In this document: positions 1 through 9,456 of the stretch, piece after piece
Layout: each line of letters opens with the position of its first letter
Numbering within the stretch: the first letter of the stretch is position 1
Made by a program: the position numbers and the translations under genes
Notes under the pieces: generated by a model
The model's input: the letters and a program-made list of their open reading frames with translations, nothing else
The model's database searches: none
What the model was told of the DNA's origin: nothing
NCBI GenBank assembly: GCA_002869615.1
Contig: PKUH01000095.1
Span: 70,039 to 134,038 of the forward strand
Direction: 5' to 3'
Length of the DNA stretch: 64,000 nucleotides
From: Desulfuromonas sp.
GTDB taxonomy: Bacteria; Desulfobacterota; Desulfuromonadia; Desulfuromonadales; UBA2294

Positions 1-1013
1 GCATCTTCGAGTTCCATTACAAAACGTTGCAACTCGGGATGGAAAGCAACCCCGGTCACTATTGAGAATTGGACCGGGCAGTTCAACTCGCCAACTTCAC
101 TGAGCGTCTCTTCGGACAGCGCCCTGAATTGTGCGATCATGCCGACTCCGTTTTCCAGCTGATCCAGATCCTCATACTCTGTCAATTCCGGAATCGCCCC
201 TTCTGCCTTGAGATAAAATTCATCGGCAGCAAAAACAATGCGGCTGTCATGCTCGCCAAGAAAACGCTGCTGCCAGCCCCCTAGTTCAGCCAGGATCTTC
301 CGGGCATCATCCTTGGTAACCGGCTGCAGATTTTCCAGATTCTGTCGATGTTCGGTCAAACCAACCGGGACCAGAGCCAGGCTTTTGATTCCGGGGTAAT
401 AGGCAGCAAGCGTTGCGACGGTTTCACTCAGAACGGCATTGTCATTGACACCAGGGCAGACAACGACCTGGGTATGCAGTTCGATTCCGGCGGCTACAAG
501 TTGCTCAACAATTGGCTGTATTGGTGAGACGGCACGCCCAAGCATTCTTGAGCGAACGTCCGGATCCGTTGCATGAATCGAAACATACAGTGGCGAGAGC
601 CGCTGGTTTATGATCCTTTCGATATCTTCTTTGCTGACATTTGACAGGGTAACATAGGCACCATAAAGATAAGAAAACCGGTAATCTTCATCCTTAACAT
701 ACAACGTCCGCCGCATCCCTTTTGGCATTTGATGGACAAAACAGAAGATACAGTTATTGCCGCAGCGGGCCGGTTCCGGGTGTTTGAGGACGAATCCGAA
801 TGGTTCCCCGGCCTCCTTTTCTATCTCCAACGCCCACAATTCGCCATTGCCGCTTTTTTCGACAACCAGTGTGACCTCTTCACGCAATTCGGCTATCAGC
901 ACATCAAGAAAGTCACGAGCCGGATCGTCGTCAATTGCGACAATGCTGTCACCTGGCGCCAGTGCAAGCTGATCAGCAATCCCGCCAGGAATGATTTCGA
1001 TGATTTCTACCAT
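1..1013 (-). CDS. DUF512-type radical-SAM-like protein with N-terminal PDZ domain (partial; 3' end outside window)
   Basis: Absent from the ORF track because no stop lies in the window. My reverse-strand translation from ATG 1013-1011 stays open to base 1: MVEIIEIIPGGIADQLALAPGDSIVAIDD...HPEPARCGNNCIFCFVHQMPKGMRRTLYVKDEDYRFSYLYG... The CxxxCxxC cysteine cluster and PDZ-like N-terminus fit the DUF512 family. Confidence 0.75.
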   Translation of the reverse strand, partial: MVEIIEIIPGGIADQLALAPGDSIVAIDDDPARDFLDVLIAELREEVTLVVEKSGNGELWALEIEKEAGEPFGFVLKHPEPARCGNNCIFCFVHQMPKGMRRTLYVKDEDYRFSYLYGAYVTLSNVSKEDIERIINQRLSPLYVSIHATDPDVRSRMLGRAVSPIQPIVEQLVAAGIELHTQVVVCPGVNDNAVLSETVATLAAYYPGIKSLALVPVGLTEHRQNLENLQPVTKDDARKILAELGGWQQRFLGEHDSRIVFAADEFYLKAEGAIPELTEYEDLDQLENGVGMIAQFRALSEETLSEVGELNCPVQFSIVTGVAFHPELQRFVMELED

Positions 1014-1027
1014 GTCTCATCAAGGTG

Positions 1028-1064
1028 AAACGTAAAATCCCCGAAACAGCAGAACTGTTCGGGG
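1028..1064 (-). terminator. Hairpin plus T-rich tail downstream of hfq (possible partial terminator)
   Basis: Minus strand reads CCCCGAACAG-TTCTG-CTGTTTCGGGG followed by ATTTTACGTTT. The next gene starts only about 15 nt later, so it may be leaky. Confidence 0.45.
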
Positions 1065-1095
1065 ACCTACGGTTTCAAACAGATTTGCGGGAAAG

Positions 1096-1329
1096 TTATT
1101 CCCGGCCACCATGCAGCCGGAAGCTTCCGTCGGAAGATGTAATAACGGAAATAGCATGCTTGTACAAAAGAACATCACAATCAGCCTCAATGAGAACACA
1201 GAAACTGTCGAAAGATTTGATATGACCTTCGAGCTTTTCACCAGACATCATTGTGATTGCAACTTTGACCCGTTCCTTACGTGCCTGATTAAGAAATTGA
1301 TCCTGAATATTAAATGGTGTCTTGCCCAT
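1096..1329 (-). CDS. hfq: RNA chaperone Hfq
   Basis: 77 aa. FLNQARKERVKVAITMMSGEKLEGHIKSFDSFCVLIE...LLYKHAISVI is the Sm1/Sm2 Hfq signature. Classic miaA-hfq order with a 20-nt overlap. Confidence 0.95.
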   Translation of the reverse strand: MGKTPFNIQDQFLNQARKERVKVAITMMSGEKLEGHIKSFDSFCVLIEADCDVLLYKHAISVITSSDGSFRLHGGRE

Positions 1330-2284
1330 AACCGCTCCCTTTCTTCAATAGAAAACATTCAATTAACGGCTGAATTCTATCAATTTCTGACAAGGAATCA
1401 ACTGTAATTATTGATTTTTCTTTTTTAAACCAGGTTTCCTGCCTTTTTGCGTAGCGTCGGGTTTCCCTTTTGATCAACTCAATAGTCTCATCCCGGCTGC
1501 GCTCCCCGGCAAGGAATGAAATAATTTCCCGATAACCGATCGCCTTCATCGATTTCAAACCGGCATTATAACCGGTCGCAAGCAGACTGGCGACCTCATC
1601 GATCAGGCCAGCCGCAATCATCTGATCAACCCGGGCGTCGATTCGTTCATTGAGAATGGTCCGGGGCACATGCAAATAAAGTTTCAGTACCGAAAAAGGT
1701 GATTCGGAAAATCCGTGCCGATGCTGATACTCTGACATCGGAATGCCACTTGACTCATAAACCTCAAGAGCCCTGATAATCCGAACCAGATTGTTCGGGT
1801 GGATTTTATCCGCCTGAACCGGGTCGACCGAATGCAGTCTTGAATGAAGTGCCGCAGCACCATGTACTGCAGCATATTCCCTGAACTTTTCACGCAGGTC
1901 TTCATCGGCAGATGGGAGATCGGCCAGCCCTTCGGTTAACGCCCTGATGTAAAGTCCGGTGCCGCCGACCACTAAAGGCAACCGGTTTCGTTGGGAGATC
2001 TCGGCAATAACGGGTCGGGCATGCTCGACATAATCGGACACGGAATAGTCCTCATCGGGATCGGCAACATCAATCATATGGTGACAGACCCGGTTCTGCT
2101 CATCAATTGTCGGTTTCGCCGTGCCGATATCCATCTGCCGATAAATCTGGCGGGAATCAGCAGAAACAATCTCCAGATCGAAGTTATCAGCAAGAGAACA
2201 GGCCAATGCTGTTTTACCCGAAGCGGTCGGACCACATATAACAACGACCGGGCTAGACCTGTTATGTCGTTCTGCAGGGATCAC
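1310..2284 (-). CDS. miaA: tRNA dimethylallyltransferase
   Basis: 324 aa. P-loop VVICGPTASGKTALA, DSRQIYRQMDIGTAKP and GGTGLYIRAL motifs. Lies between mutL and hfq. Confidence 0.95.
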   Translation of the reverse strand: MIPAERHNRSSPVVVICGPTASGKTALACSLADNFDLEIVSADSRQIYRQMDIGTAKPTIDEQNRVCHHMIDVADPDEDYSVSDYVEHARPVIAEISQRNRLPLVVGGTGLYIRALTEGLADLPSADEDLREKFREYAAVHGAAALHSRLHSVDPVQADKIHPNNLVRIIRALEVYESSGIPMSEYQHRHGFSESPFSVLKLYLHVPRTILNERIDARVDQMIAAGLIDEVASLLATGYNAGLKSMKAIGYREIISFLAGERSRDETIELIKRETRRYAKRQETWFKKEKSIITVDSLSEIDRIQPLIECFLLKKGSGYGQDTI

Positions 2285-4083
2285 GTTCTTTTAAACATTC
2301 GCTCGATTTCCGGTTTACCGAGGCGACAAAGGACAGGTCGACCATGAGGACAATGAGCGCTGAAATCGACTGAATCAATTTCAACAAGTAGAGCCTGCAT
2401 CTCGGCAAGCGACAGCTTCTGATTCGCCCGGACTACTGAATGGCAGGCCATGGTCGCCAGAAGGTCCTCATAAGCATCGTCGAGAACGGCAGTTTCACCC
2501 AACTCGGCAAGCTCAGATGCGACATCCCTGACCAGGCGTTCAGCTTCTGAATCCTTGAGTAACTGTGGCGACGCTTTCAATATATAGGAATTACCGCCAA
2601 AAGGCTCCAGTTCAAAGCCGAGCGTGGAGAGATGGTCAAGACTCTGACCAACAACGGTGGCTTCACGATAATCAAAATCGATGACAACCGGAAACAGCAA
2701 TGATTGCTGCTCAACTCCGGCACTGACAAACTGCTTTTTCAATCGTTCAAACGCGACCCGCTCATGCGCCGCATGCTGATCAACCAGAACCAGATCATCA
2801 CCATCCTGGCAAATAATATAGCTGTCAAGATACTGTCCGAGCACCACCATCGATCCGGCCGGACCGAGGGCAAACTCTTTTCCCGGCAAGTGAAAAAGCT
2901 CCCCCCTGTCAATCGAGACAGGTCTTGCGAATGGCTCCGACCGTTCCGACGACCGATATGCTTCAGGATGATCACGCACTCCGGCAGGATTATCTGTCGT
3001 GACATCAGTATTGACTCCCCGGAGGGATGATGGCTGTTGGTAACTCACCGGGGGCATAATCGAATCTTCAATGCCAACGGCAGTTGTCACTACCGGGCGC
3101 AAGGAATTGCGAACGGCACCGGCGATAAAGCCGTGGACCTGGCTCTGTTCCCGGAATCGGACCTCGTGCTTGGTCGGGTGGACATTTACATCGACTAGTT
3201 CGGGTGGAAGATCAAGGAACAGGGCTACCACCGGGTAGCGGCCCTTCATCAGCAGATTACGGTACCCCTCCATCACCGCATGCTGTACGACCCGGTCACG
3301 GATATAGCGACCGTTGATATATGTATAGATCGAGGTTGTTGCTGAACGGTTATAAAGCGGCTTTGACAGTAAACCGTAAAGTGCCAGTTCACCGACCTCG
3401 CTGGTAACCGGAACCATTTCGCGAACCGCTTCGCGACCGAGAATTGCGGCAACACGTTCTTCAATAGTCTCGGCCTTTAAAGCATCGATCATTGTCCGGC
3501 CATTATGTGTGAGACGGAAACGAACCTCCGGCCGCGACAGTGCCTGCCTGCTGACGACATCGCCGACATGTCCAGTTTCGGTTTGATCCCGCCGCAAGAA
3601 TTTGCGCCGGGCCGGTGTGTTAAAAAATAAATTTCGGACTTCGATACTGGTGCCGACCGGCATCCCGGTTGCAGCCGCATCGGCCACCGACCCGCCATTG
3701 ACCCTGATCCGCCATCCCGACTCGGATGAGTTATCGCGCGACTCGACAGTCATTTGTGAAACCGCGGCAATCGAAGGGAGTGCTTCCCCTCTGAAACCAA
3801 GGGTCGTAAGTTTGAAAAGGTCGTCGTCCGATTCAATCTTACTGGTGGCATGCCTTTCGAGGGCAAGAAAGGTATCATCTTTTGACATTCCGGATCCGTT
3901 ATCCTGTATCCTGATCAGCTTCTTGCCACCCGATTCGATATCGATGAGGATCTCATCGGCTCCGGCATCGAGGGAATTCTCGATCAGTTCCTTGACAACA
4001 GAGGCCGGCCTTTCAACAACCTCGCCAGCTGCAATTTTATTGCACAGATTTTCCGAAAGAATCCTGATTTTGCTCATCTTCAA
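2281..4083 (-). CDS. mutL: DNA mismatch repair protein MutL
   Basis: 600 aa. N-terminal GHKL ATPase motifs (IAAGEVVERPASVVKELIENSLDAGA, DNGSGM) and C-terminal dimerisation domain (QHAAHERV, CPHGRP). Confidence 0.95.
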   Translation of the reverse strand: MKMSKIRILSENLCNKIAAGEVVERPASVVKELIENSLDAGADEILIDIESGGKKLIRIQDNGSGMSKDDTFLALERHATSKIESDDDLFKLTTLGFRGEALPSIAAVSQMTVESRDNSSESGWRIRVNGGSVADAAATGMPVGTSIEVRNLFFNTPARRKFLRRDQTETGHVGDVVSRQALSRPEVRFRLTHNGRTMIDALKAETIEERVAAILGREAVREMVPVTSEVGELALYGLLSKPLYNRSATTSIYTYINGRYIRDRVVQHAVMEGYRNLLMKGRYPVVALFLDLPPELVDVNVHPTKHEVRFREQSQVHGFIAGAVRNSLRPVVTTAVGIEDSIMPPVSYQQPSSLRGVNTDVTTDNPAGVRDHPEAYRSSERSEPFARPVSIDRGELFHLPGKEFALGPAGSMVVLGQYLDSYIICQDGDDLVLVDQHAAHERVAFERLKKQFVSAGVEQQSLLFPVVIDFDYREATVVGQSLDHLSTLGFELEPFGGNSYILKASPQLLKDSEAERLVRDVASELAELGETAVLDDAYEDLLATMACHSVVRANQKLSLAEMQALLVEIDSVDFSAHCPHGRPVLCRLGKPEIERMFKRT

Positions 4084-4093
4084 TTCAATTCAA

Positions 4094-4118
4094 ACAAAAA
4101 AGGCCGGACAAGCCGGCC
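4094..4118 (-). terminator. Rho-independent terminator between the ExeA-like gene and mutL
   Basis: Minus strand reads GGCCGG-CTTGT-CCGGCC followed by TTTTTTG. Confidence 0.65.
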
Positions 4119-4140
4119 ATAAACGGATGTGGTTAGCATT

Positions 4141-5043
4141 CTACTTCTGCTCGAGCTGGTCAAGCATATCCTCAATTTCGTCAAAGTCATCATCGTCACC
4201 CAGTGAATCAGGCAAATTAGCGGTGGGACGATGCAGCAAGCCAAGATCTCCTGCGACGCTTTCAACTATTTTTGGAACAACCTGATTCCCTTTTTGCATG
4301 TGGGTTTCAAACAGGCAGTTATCACAGATTGTATTAATCAGGCGCGGCACACCACCGGCGTAATTATGAACCGACTGAATCGCCATCGGATCAAAAAGCG
4401 GGCGCCTGGCGCCTGCCACCGACAGCCGATGGTTGATATAGCGGGTCGTTAAATCAAGGGTAAAGGATCCGAGATTATACTTGACGGCGACACGTTGGGC
4501 CAGCGGTTCATCAAGACGAAGACAATCCTCAATTTCAGTCAGACCGAAAAAAACAATGTTAATCAGCTTCTTGCCGGGAATTTCGAGATTGAGCAGACCG
4601 CGAAACTCTTCCATCAATTCACGGCTCTGCAGCATCTGTGCTTCGTCTATCAGTATAACCGCCTTACGCCCCTGTGAATCGATTTCGAGCAGACGTTCAT
4701 AGAGCTGTTTCAGAACCGCCAGCCGGTCGCTTGCCGGCTCCTGGATTCCAAGCTGCATCGCGATACGGGTTAAAATCCACTCCGGATCGATTCCGGAATG
4801 AACCATGACCAGCATCGACGACTCATATCTGGATTCATCCAGAGTGTCGAGCATTCTGCGGGCAAGGGTTGTCTTGCCGGTGCCAACACCACCAACAAGA
4901 ACGGCCAGCCCCTTGTTGGAGTTGACCGCGTACATCAGGCGCACCAACGCCTGGCTATGTTGATCACTGTCAAAGTAGAAACGTGCATCCGGAGCGTTGG
5001 AGAACGGCTCCATCTCCAGTTCAAAATACTCGATGTAACTCAT
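4141..5043 (-). CDS. ExeA/MshM-like AAA ATPase
   Basis: 300 aa. PFSNAPDARFYF...H..AL..L, Walker A GGVGTGKTTLARRM and Walker B VILIDEAQ are typical of the ExeA/GspA/MshM family. GGTGGGGG lies upstream of the ATG. Confidence 0.8.
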   Translation of the reverse strand: MSYIEYFELEMEPFSNAPDARFYFDSDQHSQALVRLMYAVNSNKGLAVLVGGVGTGKTTLARRMLDTLDESRYESSMLVMVHSGIDPEWILTRIAMQLGIQEPASDRLAVLKQLYERLLEIDSQGRKAVILIDEAQMLQSRELMEEFRGLLNLEIPGKKLINIVFFGLTEIEDCLRLDEPLAQRVAVKYNLGSFTLDLTTRYINHRLSVAGARRPLFDPMAIQSVHNYAGGVPRLINTICDNCLFETHMQKGNQVVPKIVESVAGDLGLLHRPTANLPDSLGDDDDFDEIEDMLDQLEQK

Positions 5044-5068
5044 TTGCCCCCACCTGTTAAATAATCAA

Positions 5069-7240
5069 TCAGATGTAGGATACACGGTCTTTACTATTTT
5101 TTCCAGAAGAACCTTCGGCGGACGCCGATTTACCAGATTTGAGGTCTTCGAGTTTTTCACCGGCATCACGGTAGCCGGGATCGATGGCAGAAACTTCTTC
5201 GATGACAGTGATCGCTTCGGCTATTTTCCCAAAGTTTTCATAAAAGAGCCCGAGTTCAAACTGGATGCCCAACTTCTCGGCCTCGCCGAGACCGGGCTGT
5301 TCGAGAACTGACCAGAAATATTGTTCAGCCTCTTCAAAAGCACCCGTTTCTGCCAGACACATTGCTTTAAGCGCAAGGCTGTCAACCAGCCGGGTCGGGT
5401 TTTTCATTGCTTTGTCAAACTCGGCAATGGCGTCATCAACCAGTCCCATCTCCTTGTAAGCAATCCCGAGGTTATAATGGGATTCGGCATCCTCTACACT
5501 GATGGCTTCGACTTCGACCTCTTCGGCTTTTTGTGAGAAATCGGAACTCAGATCAAATTCATTGACTTCTTCAGCCAGAGCTTCGTCTGTTTCCGTCATG
5601 ACTTCGGAAGCGATATCGATAAAGTCACCCGAATCATCTTCTACCGGAGCTGAACGCTGTTCCCGAATATTTGAAAGTTTTTCGTTTGCCTCGGCATTAT
5701 CGGGAACAACTGCAAGAATTTCCTGACAAACTTTTTCAGCCTCATCGAGGAGCCCTTGCTGGACATAAAACTCGACTTCTTCGAGAGCTGATTCAAGATC
5801 AAAGAAAGTCTCGTCCTGAAGATCGTCTTCGCTGATTTCAAGGACAGATTCATCCTCGGCATCGTCGAGATCAAGCTCAATCTCAAGCTCCATATCGGCT
5901 TCGGCACTGACATCGATGGAAACTTCTTCAGCTTCTTCAACTTCTTCAAGTTCCTCGAGTTCTTCAATCTCCTCAAGTTCCTCGAGCTCTTCAATCTCTT
6001 CAAGCTCCTCGAGCTCCTCAATCTCCTCTGCTCCTTCGAGGATATCAAGTGGAACTTCTTCCTGATCATCAAGAAGATCGCTCTCTGCCAGCTCTATTTC
6101 CTGGAGATCTTCGGTAATTCCATCCATTATTGAGTCATCAATAACTTCATCATCTGAGGTCTGGAACATATCGAGTTCCGTACCGGCCTCCTCCGTTAGC
6201 GATGACATCACTCCGGATAATTTGTCAGCTTCGCCGGTTTCCTCATAGATCAACTTGAGAGTCCGGGCAACCTTCTCTTCGTTAGGCAGTTTTTGATGCA
6301 GGCGTTCGTAGCACTCCTTGAGTGCTTCAACTTTTTCAGCTTCAAAAAAAGCTTCTTTCCACTCTTCAAGCTCATGCAGTGCCCGGTCATACTCGCCCAG
6401 ATTCATGCAGCAACGGATATACTTGAGCCGATGACCGAGATTCTTGCTCGACAACTTGAGCAGATGCTGAAGGGTCAAACGCTCGTTGTTAAAGTCTTTT
6501 TGCAGCCGGTAACCCTCAGCCAGCATCTGTAACAAGTTTTTATCATTCGGATTTTTTTTGATCGAGCCCCTGAGAATTTTAAGGCTCTTCTCAACTTTTC
6601 CGGTGCGGAGATACGCCTCGGCGAGACCGCTTCCCATTTCAGGCTCATTCGGGAAGAGTGGCAGGAAAACTTCATAGAGCTTGAGAATCTTGTCAAAATT
6701 ATTGCTCTTTTTGAGGAACTCAAGAACCTCGAGAAACTCTTCTTTACCTTTTTCCGATTCATCGAGGGAAGCGTGCAATTCGGCTATTTTGACCCGCACA
6801 TTCAGATTCTCGGGATCAAGCTCCTTCATCTTCTGAAGAATGTTGATCGCCTCACCCGGCATTTCATTTTTTTCATATTGGGTTGCGAGAGTACGGTATT
6901 CGGCGAGAGCATTTCCGGTCAGACCCTGCTTCTCATTAAGCTCAGCCAGCTGGGCATAGATGTTCAGCTGGGAAGAGTCGACCTTCTGCATCTGTTTGTA
7001 TACTGCGATGGCCTTGAGATAGAAACCGCTATCGGCGTAGTTTTTAGCGACGACTTCATACGCTTCGAGCGCTGCCTCTTTAAGGCCCGCTTTGGCACAG
7101 AGGTCCGCCAGTTTTTGCCGACTGCGATAATCCTTCTTATCGAGTTCGACTATCTTCTGGTAGTCCTTGATAGCACGGGTTGTTTTCCCATTGGCAAGAG
7201 CCTTCTGGGCAGATGCGAGTAGTTTATCTTTACTGGCCAA
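5069..7240 (-). CDS. Large TPR-repeat protein with a central hyper-acidic Glu/Asp-rich linker
   Basis: 723 aa. N- and C-terminal TPR-like repeats (AIAVYKQMQKVD, NLGIAYKEMGLVDDAIAEFDKAM) flank an acidic region of about 200 aa. TTG start at 7240. Translationally close to the ExeA-like gene. Confidence 0.8.
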   Translation of the reverse strand: MASKDKLLASAQKALANGKTTRAIKDYQKIVELDKKDYRSRQKLADLCAKAGLKEAALEAYEVVAKNYADSGFYLKAIAVYKQMQKVDSSQLNIYAQLAELNEKQGLTGNALAEYRTLATQYEKNEMPGEAINILQKMKELDPENLNVRVKIAELHASLDESEKGKEEFLEVLEFLKKSNNFDKILKLYEVFLPLFPNEPEMGSGLAEAYLRTGKVEKSLKILRGSIKKNPNDKNLLQMLAEGYRLQKDFNNERLTLQHLLKLSSKNLGHRLKYIRCCMNLGEYDRALHELEEWKEAFFEAEKVEALKECYERLHQKLPNEEKVARTLKLIYEETGEADKLSGVMSSLTEEAGTELDMFQTSDDEVIDDSIMDGITEDLQEIELAESDLLDDQEEVPLDILEGAEEIEELEELEEIEELEELEEIEELEELEEVEEAEEVSIDVSAEADMELEIELDLDDAEDESVLEISEDDLQDETFFDLESALEEVEFYVQQGLLDEAEKVCQEILAVVPDNAEANEKLSNIREQRSAPVEDDSGDFIDIASEVMTETDEALAEEVNEFDLSSDFSQKAEEVEVEAISVEDAESHYNLGIAYKEMGLVDDAIAEFDKAMKNPTRLVDSLALKAMCLAETGAFEEAEQYFWSVLEQPGLGEAEKLGIQFELGLFYENFGKIAEAITVIEEVSAIDPGYRDAGEKLEDLKSGKSASAEGSSGKNSKDRVSYI
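5921..6031 (-). repeat. Coding 27-nt tandem repeat (EELEELEEI units) inside the TPR gene
   Basis: Units 5951-5977 and 5978-6004 differ at 2 of 27 positions by hand alignment. A third unit, 6005-6031, is more diverged, and the flanks are degenerate GAA/GAG-rich sequence. Confidence 0.85.
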
Positions 7241-7277
7241 AATCTATCCTTTATAAAGCTTGAAAACGCAAGCTTTC

Positions 7278-7307
7278 ACTCTATGACATCACATAATAAA
7301 CTGTCAA
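7278..7307 (-). promoter_or_regulatory. Candidate sigma70-type promoter for the TPR/ExeA operon
   Basis: Minus strand reads TTGACA (7307-7302), an 18-nt spacer, then TAGAGT (7283-7278). Confidence 0.3.
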
Positions 7308-7318
7308 GAAATAAGCTT

Positions 7319-8692
7319 TTAAATGACATGTAGAACCTTCGGGTCTGCACGCCTTTCCCAGTCAATAATCTCCTGTCGTTCTTTATCGAAGCCGGAACGA
7401 CCCATCAACGCAGAAGTGATGATTTTACCCGCTTCAACCCCTGGCTGATCAAGAGGATCGACACCGAACAATCCTCCGGAAAAAACGGTTTGCACTTCAA
7501 AGATATACAATAAGGCGCCGATGCTTTGCGGCGTAATCTCTGCCAGTCTGATAGTGCAATTCGGCCGCCCGGCGCGAGCCAGGGCAATAGCGCTCGCTTT
7601 CTGTTCAAACGAAAGGAGCGCGGAAAGTTTCTTCCCCCCGAGATAAGCCAGATCGGGGATATCATCGGCATTCGGTATACTGACAGGCTTCTGGTTATCA
7701 ACAGTAATAAATGTCACAACCTTGTCAAACGGGCCCTCCATGTACAACTGCAACTGTGAATGCTGATCAGTCGCACCGAGAGCATTGACCGGTGTCGGTC
7801 CGGTAAAAATCTCTTCACCGGAGAGACTCACCCTCTTGCCGAGGCTTTCAGCCCAGAGTTGCCGATACCAGTCAGCGACATCACGCAGACGATCACTGTA
7901 GGGCATCATGACGCTGATCGTCGCCCCTTTTTGATAAGAGAGATATTGCAACAGACCGTTCAGGTAGGCCGGATTTTCGAATAAATCCGGGTTCGAGATC
8001 TGTGGTTCGACTTTGGCGGCACCGGCCAGAAGCGAACGAACATCAACACCGGCAACCGCCAAAGGCAGCAATCCAACCGGGGTAAATATGGAAAAACGGC
8101 CACCGACTCCGGCTGGCACCGCAAGATTTTCGTAACCTTCCTCTTCGGCCAGCTTACGCAACACTCCGGTCTCAGGATCGGTTATGAGAACGAAATGATC
8201 CCGATAGTTGTCTCCACAGGCATTTCTCACCCACTCACGAGCAATCAGAAACTGGCTCATGGTCTCAACCGTTGTACACGACTTACTGATGACACAGAAA
8301 CAGGTCCGTGTCGGGTCGAGACTATCAAGAAGCCCCCCGACCCCGTCAGGGTCTACATTATCAAGGACAAAAAGCCGGGGCCGGGAAGATGTGGCGTATA
8401 GCGGCAGCAAGGCGCGAGCCACAGCTGTCGTACCGAGTGCCGAGCCGCCGATGCCAAGAACGACAAAAGCATCGAACCGGGAAGCTATGCCATCGGCCAT
8501 TTCGATCAGATCATCGACTCCCGTTTGAAAAGGCAAGTCATAAAACGGAAGATCGCCCGATTCACGGGCGTCTTGCAGGCTGACATGAATTGCCCGGACC
8601 CGATCAACCGCCTGTTCCAACTCGGATGGAACAACACCGAGTTTCGATCCGACAACATCCGCCATCATCTGGGTATAATCAAATTGCAACAT
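7319..8692 (-). CDS. pgi: Glucose-6-phosphate isomerase
   Basis: About 457 aa. SIS-domain motifs VVLGIGGSALG and GGRFS, and QHSQLQLY. I prefer the start at MLQFDY (8692), preceded by GGGAGG, over the track start at 8713. Confidence 0.9.
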   Translation of the reverse strand: MLQFDYTQMMADVVGSKLGVVPSELEQAVDRVRAIHVSLQDARESGDLPFYDLPFQTGVDDLIEMADGIASRFDAFVVLGIGGSALGTTAVARALLPLYATSSRPRLFVLDNVDPDGVGGLLDSLDPTRTCFCVISKSCTTVETMSQFLIAREWVRNACGDNYRDHFVLITDPETGVLRKLAEEEGYENLAVPAGVGGRFSIFTPVGLLPLAVAGVDVRSLLAGAAKVEPQISNPDLFENPAYLNGLLQYLSYQKGATISVMMPYSDRLRDVADWYRQLWAESLGKRVSLSGEEIFTGPTPVNALGATDQHSQLQLYMEGPFDKVVTFITVDNQKPVSIPNADDIPDLAYLGGKKLSALLSFEQKASAIALARAGRPNCTIRLAEITPQSIGALLYIFEVQTVFSGGLFGVDPLDQPGVEAGKIITSALMGRSGFDKERQEIIDWERRADPKVLHVI

Positions 8693-8693
8693 T

Positions 8694-9422
8694 TTACGAC
8701 CTCCCGTCGGCAAGGTGTTTCAGTTTTGCAATTTCGCCTGGTTCCAGGTGTCTGAAATCCCCCGAACCGAGATTTTCTTCCAGGAGAAAGGCATAACCGA
8801 TTCTTTTCAGGCGACTGACAGAAAAACCGAGCGCTTCACACATCCGCCTGACCTGACGGTTCCGCCCTTCATGGATCGTGATCTTGAGCCAGGAGTGGCT
8901 GCCGGTCTTACGGGTGCATTCGGCCCGGGCCGGCGCCGTCAGCCCGTCATCAAGCTCAACTCCTCGTTCAAGTTTCCTGAGGGCATTATTATCAATCATA
9001 CCCCGAACCCGGGCCAGATAGGTTTTTTCAACGTGGAACCGGGGGTGCGACAGTTTTTGAGCCAGATCCCCGTCATTGGTCAACAGCAGAAGCCCCTCAG
9101 TTGTCAGGTCGAGCCGGCCCACCGGCACGACCCTTTCAGAAACGCCTTCCAGCAGATCGGTAACAACGCGCCTCCCTTCCGGATCGCGCATGGTTGTCAC
9201 ATAACCAACCGGCTTGTTCAAGAGAATATAGGTTTTTTTTTCCGGGCGTCCGATTGCAACGTCGTCGACAAGGATATTATCGACCGCGGGATCGGCTTTT
9301 TCACCGAGATTCGCCGGGTTACCATTGACCGAGACACGTCCCTGTTCTATCCACTTTTCGGCCTGACGCCGCGATGCCAACCCGGCTGCAGCGATTATCT
9401 TTTGCAATCTCTCTTGCGCCAT
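8694..9422 (-). CDS. rluB: Pseudouridine synthase, RsuA/RluB family
   Basis: 242 aa. S4 domain (RLQKIIAAAGLASRRQAEKWIEQGRVSVNG) and catalytic GRLD motif (PVGRLDLTTEGLLLLTNDG). Confidence 0.9.
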   Translation of the reverse strand: MAQERLQKIIAAAGLASRRQAEKWIEQGRVSVNGNPANLGEKADPAVDNILVDDVAIGRPEKKTYILLNKPVGYVTTMRDPEGRRVVTDLLEGVSERVVPVGRLDLTTEGLLLLTNDGDLAQKLSHPRFHVEKTYLARVRGMIDNNALRKLERGVELDDGLTAPARAECTRKTGSHSWLKITIHEGRNRQVRRMCEALGFSVSRLKRIGYAFLLEENLGSGDFRHLEPGEIAKLKHLADGRS

Positions 9423-9451
9423 AAAATAAAAGCCGGGCAGAATTCCCGGCC
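9422..9451 (-). terminator. Rho-independent terminator after scpB
   Basis: Minus strand reads GCCGGG-AATTCTG-CCCGGC followed by TTTTATTTT. Confidence 0.65.
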
Positions 9452-9456
9452 AACTC

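Noticed and set aside
5921-6031. The regular 27-nt repeats as a possible CRISPR-like or regulatory array.
   Set aside because: The repeats are contiguous with no spacers, in-frame, and inside a continuous 723-codon ORF. They are a coding tandem repeat.
5641-6072. A 143-aa K/R/L-rich repeat ORF (LKRLKSSRNLRRLKNSRNLKKLKKLKKF) on the minus strand.
   Set aside because: It is the alternative frame of the GAA/GAG-rich acidic repeat of the TPR gene. It has no independent start context, and the TPR frame is continuous across it.
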